From NCBI GenBank assembly GCA_964554765.1, contig CAZKPS010000001.1, positions 72,786-136,785 on the forward strand: DNA of 64,000 bases, in the 5' to 3' direction. The translations under genes and the position numbers were made by a program. Under the pieces are notes generated by a model. That model ran no database searches, had not been told where the DNA came from, and saw only the letters and a program-made list of their open reading frames with translations. Numbering within the stretch: position 1 is the stretch's first letter; each line of letters begins with the position of its first letter. This document shows positions 56,741-64,000 of this stretch, piece by piece. The stretch comes from an uncultured Candidatus Saccharibacteria bacterium (GTDB taxonomy: Bacteria > Patescibacteriota > Minisyncoccia > Phycocordibacterales > CAIRYW01).

Positions 56741-57442
56741 TTGTCGGACCACCAGAAGCTTAAAATGGTGCGTCGGACCGAAAGTCCTTCGACACGAGGA
56801 ACCCGAAAGGTTTCAGTCTTCTTTCACATCACACAATACTTGAGCCGACACTCAAAAAATCAGACTATGAAACTCAACTATTCGCCAGCCCTTTTTTGGG
56901 AACTCTACAGAGCAGGATTGTGCACAAATCTCATCTTGCAGATCAAGAAAACTCTTGGTATTGCATTTGACTTGAGTCACCTGAAGACAGCAGAAGGTAC
57001 TTTATGCTTCCAGCGAGCAGCTATTTGGACCGGACTAGGCATCAGTGTCACATTCATTGTCTTCGCTATGACAGTGGGAGTACAGAACGGTGCATGGGCT
57101 TCACTATTCATTTCTCTGTTCATTTTGGGTTTCTGCTCCTTGATTGACCCCGACGACAGACTCAAGGATATGAGAAAGGTCGAGGCTCTCGCCAAGAAAT
57201 TCTTCGACACTTTCTGTGATGGCAGAATCGATACTGAAGCAGCCAGTAACCCAGTCGAATTCATAAAGAGCGGACTTTCTCTCAAAGCAGGAAAGATAGT
57301 GGATGCAACTCCTGATAAAACCCACGCGCTCCAAACAGAATTCTCTCGCTTGGTGAACGTGGCCATGGAACTTGGTCTTGGTGATGCAGATCAGATTTAC
57401 AGAGATGCATATACTCCTGCCAAAGATGCCATGAGACCTTAA
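56741..57442 (+). CDS. Hypothetical membrane protein (likely start MKLNYSPALF at ~56867)
   Basis: Two predicted TM helices. The 5' part of the track ORF is G+C-rich and may be a leader rather than coding. Confidence 0.4.
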   Translation: MSDHQKLKMVRRTESPSTRGTRKVSVFFHITQYLSRHSKNQTMKLNYSPALFWELYRAGLCTNLILQIKKTLGIAFDLSHLKTAEGTLCFQRAAIWTGLGISVTFIVFAMTVGVQNGAWASLFISLFILGFCSLIDPDDRLKDMRKVEALAKKFFDTFCDGRIDTEAASNPVEFIKSGLSLKAGKIVDATPDKTHALQTEFSRLVNVAMELGLGDADQIYRDAYTPAKDAMRP

Positions 57443-57464
57443 TAATCTCGTGATAAAGATAGTG

Positions 57465-57500
57465 TGCGTGTCGATCTTCCGATCGACACGCTTTTTTTTG
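57465..57500 (+). terminator. Strong rho-independent terminator
   Basis: Hairpin gcgtgtcgatc-ttcc-gatcgacacgc followed by TTTTTTTT. Confidence 0.7.
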
Positions 57501-57704
57501 TCAAAACCCTATTTTTGTGATTTAATGGTGATATATTAATAAATGGTAGTTTTCACATATAGACCTAAAGCAATTTGAGCTAAAACATAACATGTTCGCT
57601 CAAGTCGAAAAAGCTTTATGCCTAACTTGTGAAAATTACTCGTTGTTTCTGTTGGGTTTAGGAATCCCCTAGAAGCTAACAGCGGACAGCTAACAGCTAA
57701 ATTT

Positions 57705-59804
57705 ATGAAATCAAAAGAATATACATTGGATGTCGCAGGGTTCCCTTTGACAGCCACATTCACAGACCTTGCCGATCAAGCACAGGGTTCTGTAATACTC
57801 TCATATAGAGACACAACATTACTCGCAACAGCTTGTATGGGTAAAAAAGACAAAGACAGCGACTTCTTCCCACTCACAGTAGATCTCGAAGAGAGATTCT
57901 ATGCCGCAGGCAAGATCCTCGGATCACAATTCGTCCGACGAGAAGGTCGTCCATCAGATGATGCCATCCTCGCAGGACGAGTAGTCGATCGAACTATCCG
58001 ACCACTCTTCAACCAGCTCATTCGTCGTGATATTCAGGTAGTAGTAACAACACTCGCACTTGGTGATGCAGAAGTAGACACACTCGGTGTGATAGCAGCA
58101 TCTCTTGCACTTGCAACTTCTAATATTCCATTTAATGGTCCGGTATCAGGAGTACACGTGGGATACATCGGAGGACAGATGGTTGTCAATCCTTCGTTTG
58201 AAGATGTGAAGAACAATCCATTCTATTTTGATGTGACAGTCTGTGGTAAAGACGGGAACATCACAATGATCGAAACTGCAGCAAAAGAAATTTCAAATGA
58301 TGTAGCAGGTCACGCGCTCGACAAAGCAGTAGAAACAATCGAAAAAATACAAGAATGGCAGAAGAAGATTGTCTCAGAGATCGGCAAACCAAAAACAAAT
58401 ATCGAGGTCAAAACAGGTCCAGCAGGTCTTGCAGAACTCTTTGAGGAGAAGGTGGCTGCAAAATTCTATGATGCAGTATTTGCAGGCCCAGGCAAAGAAT
58501 CAATGTACAAACTTACAGATGAATGGATCGCAGCATACACAGAGAAATTTCCAGAAGAGAAAACTTTTTTTGCTCATGAATACATCGAAGAAAAAATAAA
58601 CGACCTCATTCACAAGGAGGCAATCGAAAAAGGCAAGCGACCAGATGGGCGAGGAATAGATGAAGTCAGACCACTTTTTGCAAAAGCAGGAGGAGTATCA
58701 AAAGTGCTTCACGGATCTGGAATCTTCTACCGAGGAGGAACTCACGTATTCTCTGCAGTAACACTTGGTGCTCCTGGTGATGCTCAAACTATCGAGACCA
58801 TCAAAACAAGTGGTGAGAAGAGATTTATGCACCACTACAACTTCCCACCATATTCAGTAGGTGAGCCAGGACGAATGGGTGGACTCAACCGACGAATGAT
58901 AGGACATGGATACCTCGCAGAGAAATCACTTGCTCAAGTTATCCCATCTAAAGATGTATTCCCATATACAATCCGACTCGTATCAGAATCGACAGCATCA
59001 AATGGTAGTACATCTATGGGATCAGTATGTGCATCATCACTTGCGCTAATGGACGCAGGAGTTCCGATTAGTGCACCTGTAGCAGGTATCGCTTCAGGAC
59101 TAATGATGGAGACACCAGAGAAGTACGCACTCATCACAGATATTCAAGGACCAGAAGACCATCACGGAGATATGGATTTCAAAGTAGCAGGTACTCGAAA
59201 GGGAATCACAGGAATCCAGATGGATATCAAAGTTGACGGTATCCCAGTAAAGATTCTCAAAGAAGCGTTGGTCAAAGCAGAAAAAGCGAGACTTCAAATC
59301 CTTGATGTTATTGAGGCAGAGATCGCGGCACCACGTGGAGATATTTCACCTCGAGCTCCAAAGATCCTCACAACAAAAATCAATCCAAACCAAATCGGAC
59401 TCGTGATTGGTACAGGAGGCAAGACAATCAAAGAGATTATGGAAAAGACTGGTGCACAAATCGATATTGATGATGATGGAACAGTATTCTTCACAGGTAC
59501 AAACGGAAGTGCAGACGAGGCGAAGAGAATAGTCGAAGATATGACCCGAGAAATCAAGATGGGGGAGAGATTTGATGCAGAGATTACTAAGGTTGTGGAG
59601 TTCGGAGCATTTGCAAGGCTTGCAGGTCAAACAGAAGGACTCATCCACGTATCAGAAATAGCACCGTTTAGAGTTGATCGTGTAATAGACTATCTCAAAG
59701 AAGGAATGACAGTGCCTGTCGTGGTGAAAGGAGTAGATGAAAGAGGAAAGATTAGTCTCTCAATCAAGCAAGTTGCTCCGGAGATGTTTGCAAAAAAGGC
59801 ATAA
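57705..59804 (+). CDS. pnp: Polynucleotide phosphorylase
   Basis: 699 aa with two RNase PH domains, a KH domain (GKTIKEI) and an S1 domain. Confidence 0.95.
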   Translation: MKSKEYTLDVAGFPLTATFTDLADQAQGSVILSYRDTTLLATACMGKKDKDSDFFPLTVDLEERFYAAGKILGSQFVRREGRPSDDAILAGRVVDRTIRPLFNQLIRRDIQVVVTTLALGDAEVDTLGVIAASLALATSNIPFNGPVSGVHVGYIGGQMVVNPSFEDVKNNPFYFDVTVCGKDGNITMIETAAKEISNDVAGHALDKAVETIEKIQEWQKKIVSEIGKPKTNIEVKTGPAGLAELFEEKVAAKFYDAVFAGPGKESMYKLTDEWIAAYTEKFPEEKTFFAHEYIEEKINDLIHKEAIEKGKRPDGRGIDEVRPLFAKAGGVSKVLHGSGIFYRGGTHVFSAVTLGAPGDAQTIETIKTSGEKRFMHHYNFPPYSVGEPGRMGGLNRRMIGHGYLAEKSLAQVIPSKDVFPYTIRLVSESTASNGSTSMGSVCASSLALMDAGVPISAPVAGIASGLMMETPEKYALITDIQGPEDHHGDMDFKVAGTRKGITGIQMDIKVDGIPVKILKEALVKAEKARLQILDVIEAEIAAPRGDISPRAPKILTTKINPNQIGLVIGTGGKTIKEIMEKTGAQIDIDDDGTVFFTGTNGSADEAKRIVEDMTREIKMGERFDAEITKVVEFGAFARLAGQTEGLIHVSEIAPFRVDRVIDYLKEGMTVPVVVKGVDERGKISLSIKQVAPEMFAKKA

Positions 59805-59830
59805 ATCAAAAAGTAGAAATCAAAAATAAT

Positions 59831-59866
59831 AAATCCGCGGCACCTAAAGGTGCCGCGGATTTTTAA
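59831..59866 (+). terminator. Terminator after pnp
   Basis: 12-bp stem atccgcggcacc / ggtgccgcggat followed by TTTTAAT. Confidence 0.7.
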
Positions 59867-59867
59867 T

Positions 59868-59905
59868 ATAAAAATTAGTCTGCAAGATTTTCATCTTGCA
59901 GACTT
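59868..59905 (-). terminator. Convergent minus-strand terminator
   Basis: Hairpin gtctgcaaga-ttttca-tcttgcagac, followed on the minus strand by TAATTTTT. Confidence 0.55.
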
Positions 59906-59944
59906 GGGTTCAACAAGTATCCTGAAGTGTAAGACAACAAGAAT

Positions 59945-60592
59945 CTAAAAGGTTTCTCTTGTTTCGCTTGTATCTATGTAACCAATCACTGTTTGTGGTA
60001 TTACATTTTCATTAACACCAGAGAACCATTCTTCAGATCTAACGATTCTTGGATTGTGGAGATCCTCAAAGTCGACAACAAGAACACTTCGGCAGAGATG
60101 TGGGTAAATACGAATTTGATTCCACCCATAACCGATTTTAAACCCTCCGTGGGGCACACGATTATAGTATCTTTCACACCACCCTCTTTTCTCTTTCTCA
60201 ACAAGTTCCCATACTTGTGGACGCATAAGTGAGAGGAACACTATCCTAACATACCTCCTCATCATAAATATGTCGGATACACATTGGTGCTCAATTGACC
60301 TTGGTTTTTGAATTAAGTCACTATTTTTCTCAAAATATCCTTGTATCAGGTAATTTGAGACACTGTGTCTTGGCAGAAGTTTCCGTGCTCTCATCACAAA
60401 CTCTTCTTCTCCCATCTCCAAATACGGTGATTTTTGATCATGCCTAAACAGTTCAATTTGTGAGGGATGGTGTATAGGTAGAAGATTCAAACGAATACCC
60501 CTCCTCTTCAAGAAAGGTTCTCCGATATGTTGAAAGAGAAAACGATTTGAAAAAAACAGATTCATCATAATTATATTTGGTTCGACCAGCAA
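59945..60592 (-). CDS. Hypothetical protein
   Basis: 215-aa ORF. The true start may be internal (MNLFFSNRF). No recognisable domain. Confidence 0.45.
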   Translation of the reverse strand: MLVEPNIIMMNLFFSNRFLFQHIGEPFLKRRGIRLNLLPIHHPSQIELFRHDQKSPYLEMGEEEFVMRARKLLPRHSVSNYLIQGYFEKNSDLIQKPRSIEHQCVSDIFMMRRYVRIVFLSLMRPQVWELVEKEKRGWCERYYNRVPHGGFKIGYGWNQIRIYPHLCRSVLVVDFEDLHNPRIVRSEEWFSGVNENVIPQTVIGYIDTSETRETF

Positions 60593-60719
60593 AACTTCAT
60601 GTTATACCGGCTTCACCTCCTCCTAACATCATTATTCAATAATTTCGTCAAAAATCAATATTAAAAAATTGATTTTTTAGTATTTATAGTATAAACTGAC
60701 GAAAATAATTCGTCGTCAT

Positions 60720-61505
60720 ATGGAAAATGTATTAAAACAATTGGGTTTAAATGAAAAGGAGATTTTAGTCTATAAATCACTCTTGGAAAGAGGTGCTTCG
60801 ACATCATCTTCACTTGCAAATGTTATTGACTTGCCACGACAGACTATCTACTCAATCCTTCAAAAACTATGTGATGAAGGAGTAATTGAGAAAGGCCCGT
60901 GGAAAGGGGCACACAAATTCATTGCCGACCCAACCAATCTTTCATCAATAGTGAGATTTAGGCAGAAAAAACTTACCCAAATAGGAAATACAATTGAGGA
61001 ATTGATGCCAGAACTTCTCACAATAACAAAACTCAGAGCAAACCGAAAACCTTCGGTTCAGTATTATGATGGGGTATTTGGGTTGAAGCGTCTTTTTGAT
61101 GAGATCATTGAACAATACAAAAGAAAAGAAGATACTATGTTTCGAGGATTCGGAATTAATTATTTTGAAAATACAGACATACAAGAAATTTTAAATGATT
61201 TTGTTAGAGAGAGATATAAATATGGTATAAAAACTCACTTACTTATTGGTAAAGGGGGGAATGATTTTGGCATTACGATAGATGGATCAACAACTTTAGG
61301 AAGAGAAGTCCGTAGTATAAATATGGAAGCACAAAATGCTGGCATCTACCTAGTAGGAGATCGTATTTATTTATTTTCTTACGAGGATGATGTGGGAATT
61401 ATGATTGAACAGAAACTTATTGCACAATTATTAAAAAATATTTTCGATTTGGAGTGGGATAAGGCAAAAGAGCTTGATAAAGAAATAAGAAGATTAGAGA
61501 AGTAA
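60720..61505 (+). CDS. TrmB-family transcriptional regulator
   Basis: wHTH (ILVYKSLLERGASTSSSLANVIDLPRQTIYSILQKL). The C-terminal ...WDKAKELDKEIRRLEK is identical to 62920..63708. Confidence 0.7.
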   Translation: MENVLKQLGLNEKEILVYKSLLERGASTSSSLANVIDLPRQTIYSILQKLCDEGVIEKGPWKGAHKFIADPTNLSSIVRFRQKKLTQIGNTIEELMPELLTITKLRANRKPSVQYYDGVFGLKRLFDEIIEQYKRKEDTMFRGFGINYFENTDIQEILNDFVRERYKYGIKTHLLIGKGGNDFGITIDGSTTLGREVRSINMEAQNAGIYLVGDRIYLFSYEDDVGIMIEQKLIAQLLKNIFDLEWDKAKELDKEIRRLEK

Positions 61506-61530
61506 TAAACAGTAAGTAATAAGTAATCAA
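61456..61530 (+). repeat. ~75-nt direct repeat, copy 1 (3' end of the TrmB paralog plus 20 nt downstream)
   Basis: gggataaggcaaaagagcttgataaagaaataagaagattagagaagtaataaacagtaagtaataa, with 1 mismatch versus the copy at 63661. Confidence 0.75.
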
Positions 61531-61532
61531 GT

Positions 61533-61568
61533 GAATGCATCGTGCCCTTCGGGCGCGATGCATTTTGC
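61533..61568 (+). terminator. Terminator after the TrmB paralog
   Basis: Hairpin atgcatcgtgccc-ttcg-ggcgcgatgcat (one G-U pair) followed by TTTGC. Confidence 0.6.
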
Positions 61569-61613
61569 TATAAAAATACCCCTAGAACTTTCGTTCTGAG
61601 GGTTAAAGACACA

Positions 61614-61916
61614 CTAATCAAAAACAAAAAGTGGATGGGAAGTCGTCCAAACAAAAACCCAGATGCGCGGAGATGCCAAGGCACTAAGGTCTGAAGATAG
61701 ATTCTGAATGTTAATCAAACCTTCAGAATCCTTCAAGTGGCATCTGCAAGCAATCTCAAACTCCCCAATCTTCTGCTTTGTCCCAATAGCAAAGTAGAAA
61801 CATTCTACTCTATATCGAGAAGCTCCAAGTTGTTTGGTATGAAGAAATATTCTCTGCCATTGCCTCATCCATTTTTTGCGAACAAAACTCATCAAAAGAT
61901 AAACTAAAAATTTCAT
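61614..61916 (-). CDS. Small hypothetical protein, paralog A of a tandem pair
   Basis: 100 aa (MKFLVYLLMSF...FAIGTKQKIGEFEI). It is weakly similar to 62016..62333 (MNLIIFLIRF...SFVGHQTEHKELIE). Its coding status is uncertain. Confidence 0.3.
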   Translation of the reverse strand: MKFLVYLLMSFVRKKWMRQWQRIFLHTKQLGASRYRVECFYFAIGTKQKIGEFEIACRCHLKDSEGLINIQNLSSDLSALASPRIWVFVWTTSHPLFVFD

Positions 61917-61941
61917 AATATTTGACTAAGTTTGAATGAAC

Positions 61942-62022
61942 ATTAACCTACAAACCAACGACACTCGTCGCGGGTTTGAAAAGTTCCACTTGTTAAGCAC
62001 AAGTGGGAAAGCTTTTTACCAT
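61942..62022 (-). repeat. 81-nt conserved double-hairpin module, copy 1, ending exactly at the stop of the upstream ORF
   Basis: It is ~90% identical to 62397..62477. On the minus strand it reads taa aaagctttcc CCACTTG-tgcttaa-CAAGTGG aacttttcaaa cc CGAC-gagt-GTCG ttggtttgtagg: two small hairpins, each followed by a U-rich tract. Confidence 0.7.
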
Positions 62023-62333
62023 CCACCGCCACAAATTCTAGTAGTTCTCGGAGGAGGGTTATAAAAAGGTGATCCTATTTTGACAAAGGCATACCCCGTA
62101 CACTTAATTTTACTGAGAATATTTTTTTGCTCTTCTATTGTATAAGCAAGCCACAAAGCATGCCTCAGTTCGATGAGTTCCTTGTGTTCTGTTTGATGAC
62201 CCACGAATGAAATTGTCACATTAGTTGACCAGCATGAGACAGGGAAGTTACTCAGATACACCTCTTCTATCTTATATTTCATACCCCTGAACCAACCGGT
62301 GCAGAAGCGAATTAGGAAAATAATCAAATTCAT
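62016..62333 (-). CDS. Small hypothetical protein, paralog B of a tandem pair
   Basis: 105 aa. The stop codon and final Trp are supplied by the TTACCAT end of the 81-nt module. Its coding status is uncertain. Confidence 0.3.
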   Translation of the reverse strand: MNLIIFLIRFCTGWFRGMKYKIEEVYLSNFPVSCWSTNVTISFVGHQTEHKELIELRHALWLAYTIEEQKNILSKIKCTGYAFVKIGSPFYNPPPRTTRICGGGW

Positions 62334-62396
62334 AACAACTAAGGTCTCTCACCTCTTGCCCGAATGGTTATGCCGGGATCGCATTTATTAAAGAAC

Positions 62397-62477
62397 ATTA
62401 ACCTACAAACCAACGACACTCGTCGCGGGTTTGAAAAGTTCCACTTGTTAAGCACAAGCGGAAAAGCCAGTTACCAT
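62397..62477 (-). repeat. 81-nt conserved double-hairpin module, copy 2
   Basis: Same module as copy 1. It ends at the stop of the small membrane ORF 62471..62731, which also terminates ...W*. Confidence 0.7.
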
Positions 62478-62731
62478 TTCAACCAAAGAAAAATGACCCT
62501 AATGACCATTGCACATGTTGCCGACAAGATGAATAGAAGTGTCAATAAATAAATTACAGGGTTCCAAAGGAAGATATTAATTTCGGGAGGGAGAAAAATT
62601 GGCAACACATAAGCAAAAATCAGTTCAAAATACCGACTCTGTTCGATCCTCTCGATGATTTTATTGTTTAGGTAGACCATAACAATAAAAATAATGACAG
62701 TGGTAGTGACTATGGCATTCATAAGTATCAT
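62471..62731 (-). CDS. Small two-TM membrane protein (hypothetical)
   Basis: 86 aa, very hydrophobic. It is the first gene of the minus-strand small-ORF array. Confidence 0.35.
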   Translation of the reverse strand: MILMNAIVTTTVIIFIVMVYLNNKIIERIEQSRYFELIFAYVLPIFLPPEINIFLWNPVIYLLTLLFILSATCAMVIRVIFLWLKW

Positions 62732-62919
62732 TTTTATATATTTTGTTGTTTCAGGAACAGTCCGCTCTTACTGTTCACAGTAAAACATATAAATGATGTA
62801 TGTAAATATATGTCAACATAAATAAAATAATAGTTGTTGATAAACATAGCTTTTTTTGGAATATTTAGATTTTGTCGATGCGGATTGACACAAATAGATC
62901 TGCTTTGTATACTTAAAAT

Positions 62920-63708
62920 ATGGAAAACAAAGGGAATTTCGTTGGTGCCCTCATCAATATGGGTCTCCCAGAAAAGGAGGCTGCAGTTTATGTATCTCTC
63001 CTCGGGCTGGGACTTGCAACAGTAACCGAAATTGCCAATAAATCAGGAATCAATCGAACAACTGTCTACGATATCCTTTCTTCACTATCCCAGAAAGGAC
63101 TTGTGAGCATTTCGGGTAAAGAACCAAAGCAAGAATACAGATCTGAAAATCCTGATAAGCTACTAACATATCTCAAAAACGAACTTGAGCGAAAGGCTCA
63201 AAGTGTGAGGTATGCAGAGCTCATGCTTCCGGAACTTAAATCAATACACAAAATAGGTGAAAGACCTCGAATCAAATTTTATGAAGGTGAGGAAGGTTTG
63301 CGAGAAGTATACGAAGACACTCTCACATCAGAAGAAACTATTTTGGCATATGCCGCAGTGGATGATGTGAACAAAGGGATTGCAAATTATTTCCCCAAAT
63401 ACTATAAAAGACGCGCTGCAAAAAACATTCCTATCCGTGCTATATTTCCCGATACTCCCGTGGCAAGAGAACGATCGGACCTTGATAAAGAGGAGAGGCG
63501 GGAAAGTCTTTTGGTGCCATTTGAAAAATACAGCTTTACTCCCGAAATAAATATCTATGACAACAAAGTTATGATCGCATCGTGGAGAGAAAAGCTTGGA
63601 ATAATTATTGAAAGCGCCGAGATTGCAGATGCCATGAAAAAAATATTTGAACTCTCATGGGATAAGGCAAAAGAGCTTGATAAAGAAATAAGAAGATTAG
63701 AGAAGTAA
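62920..63708 (+). CDS. TrmB-family transcriptional regulator (close paralog of 29134..29931)
   Basis: wHTH (AAVYVSLLGLGLATVTEIANKSGINRTTVYDILSSLSQKGLVSISGKEPKQEYR). The C-terminus is identical to 60720..61505. Confidence 0.75.
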   Translation: MENKGNFVGALINMGLPEKEAAVYVSLLGLGLATVTEIANKSGINRTTVYDILSSLSQKGLVSISGKEPKQEYRSENPDKLLTYLKNELERKAQSVRYAELMLPELKSIHKIGERPRIKFYEGEEGLREVYEDTLTSEETILAYAAVDDVNKGIANYFPKYYKRRAAKNIPIRAIFPDTPVARERSDLDKEERRESLLVPFEKYSFTPEINIYDNKVMIASWREKLGIIIESAEIADAMKKIFELSWDKAKELDKEIRRLEK

Positions 63709-63736
63709 TAAATAGTAAGTAATAAAAGTGATACGA
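63661..63736 (+). repeat. ~75-nt direct repeat, copy 2
   Basis: See 61456..61530. Confidence 0.75.
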
Positions 63737-63786
63737 TTCTAAATTTGTATTTATACAACATACTATATACAATATACTACATACTA

Positions 63787-64000
63787 TGACTAATGAATTC
63801 CAAGAAGGTGATGAACTAAAACGACAATATATGGAAAAGGCTCTTCACGCTAATGAAGAGGCGACCAGTGGTGCAAAATTTACCGATCTTATTAACAAAA
63901 ACTCTACTGTCTATAAAGACCAAAATCCTCCACAACAACGAGATCGAGCCCCACTTCCCGAAAAACCGACAGTGGATGCTGATGGATACCCTATAATTCA
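63787..64000 (+). CDS. Hypothetical protein, N-terminal part (runs off the window end)
   Basis: Open frame from the ATG reading MTNEFQEGDELKRQYMEKALHANEEATSG... with no stop before the window edge. Confidence 0.3.

Noticed and set aside
18418-61568. A shared terminator family whose stems begin AATGCA...TGCATTT (18424, 34767, 52120, 61535)
   Set aside because: The similarity is limited to a few stem-end bases and may simply reflect a preferred GC-clamped terminator design. It is not reported as a mobile repeat.
61942-62477. Declaring the 81-nt modules to be integron attC sites
   Set aside because: No canonical R/L core sites were found in the expected positions and no intI is adjacent. It is kept only as a hypothesis in the findings.
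1-64000. CRISPR arrays, rRNA genes, IS/transposase or prophage genes
   Set aside because: No regularly spaced direct repeats with unique spacers were seen. There are no rRNA-like conserved stretches. Apart from the Xer-family enzyme there is no transposase or integrase, and no phage structural genes.

Overview
The window is AT-rich (about 35-40% G+C by eye), gene-dense bacterial chromosome. Genes are short and tightly packed, almost none has a Shine-Dalgarno sequence, and several look leaderless. Trigger factor is truncated, TrmB-family regulators are abundant and there is a type IV pilus-like operon. Together these suggest a small-genome Candidate Phyla Radiation / Patescibacteria-like organism (inference). 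Read in the standard genetic code, the window holds about 60 protein genes. Recognisable housekeeping genes are rnhA (partial), recJ, a HIT protein, an NCS2 nucleobase permease, pgk, tpiA, ppa, nusA, tig, rsmE, a MutY/Nth-like glycosylase, an Asp racemase, def, clpP, rny, hup, cca, xth, a Xer-family recombinase, rpsO and pnp. There is a pilus-like operon: TPR protein, Cys-rich secreted protein, pilB, pilC, three pilin-like genes and a 626-aa pilin-like protein. Four tRNAs sit on the minus strand: Gly-UCC, Pro-UGG, Gly-GCC and Arg-UCG. None encodes CCA, and a cca gene lies next to the tRNA cluster. No rRNA, CRISPR array, transposase or phage genes were seen. The unusual observations are listed here. 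(1) Three of the four tRNA genes are followed immediately downstream by an inverted (mirror) copy of their own 3' end. Each mirror copy is interrupted at the T-stem/acceptor junction by a GC-rich mini-hairpin. (2) There are seven TrmB-family paralogs plus one TrmB-C-terminal-domain/methyltransferase fusion. Two of the paralogs share a near-identical ~75-nt 3' end, and these repeats flank a 2.2-kb segment. (3) That segment holds a minus-strand array of small ORFs. Each ORF ends inside a conserved 81-nt double-hairpin module, which gives the array a gene-cassette appearance. (4) A 707-aa extremely Cys-rich secreted repeat protein is co-transcribed with a TPR protein just upstream of pilB. (5) Several G+C-rich islands occur, including a B12-binding radical-SAM-like gene with a CX8CX2C motif and a ~330-nt noncoding G+C-rich segment bounded by terminators next to xer. 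(6) A perfect palindrome carrying DnaA-box consensus lies in a 900-bp AT-rich gene desert. (7) A 752-aa His-rich coiled-coil tail-anchored protein is present. (8) A stand-alone archaeal-type ThrRS editing-domain (DTD2-like) gene is present. Coordinates for RNA genes, repeats and terminators were derived by hand from the sequence and anchored to the ORF track. They may be off by 1-2 nt.
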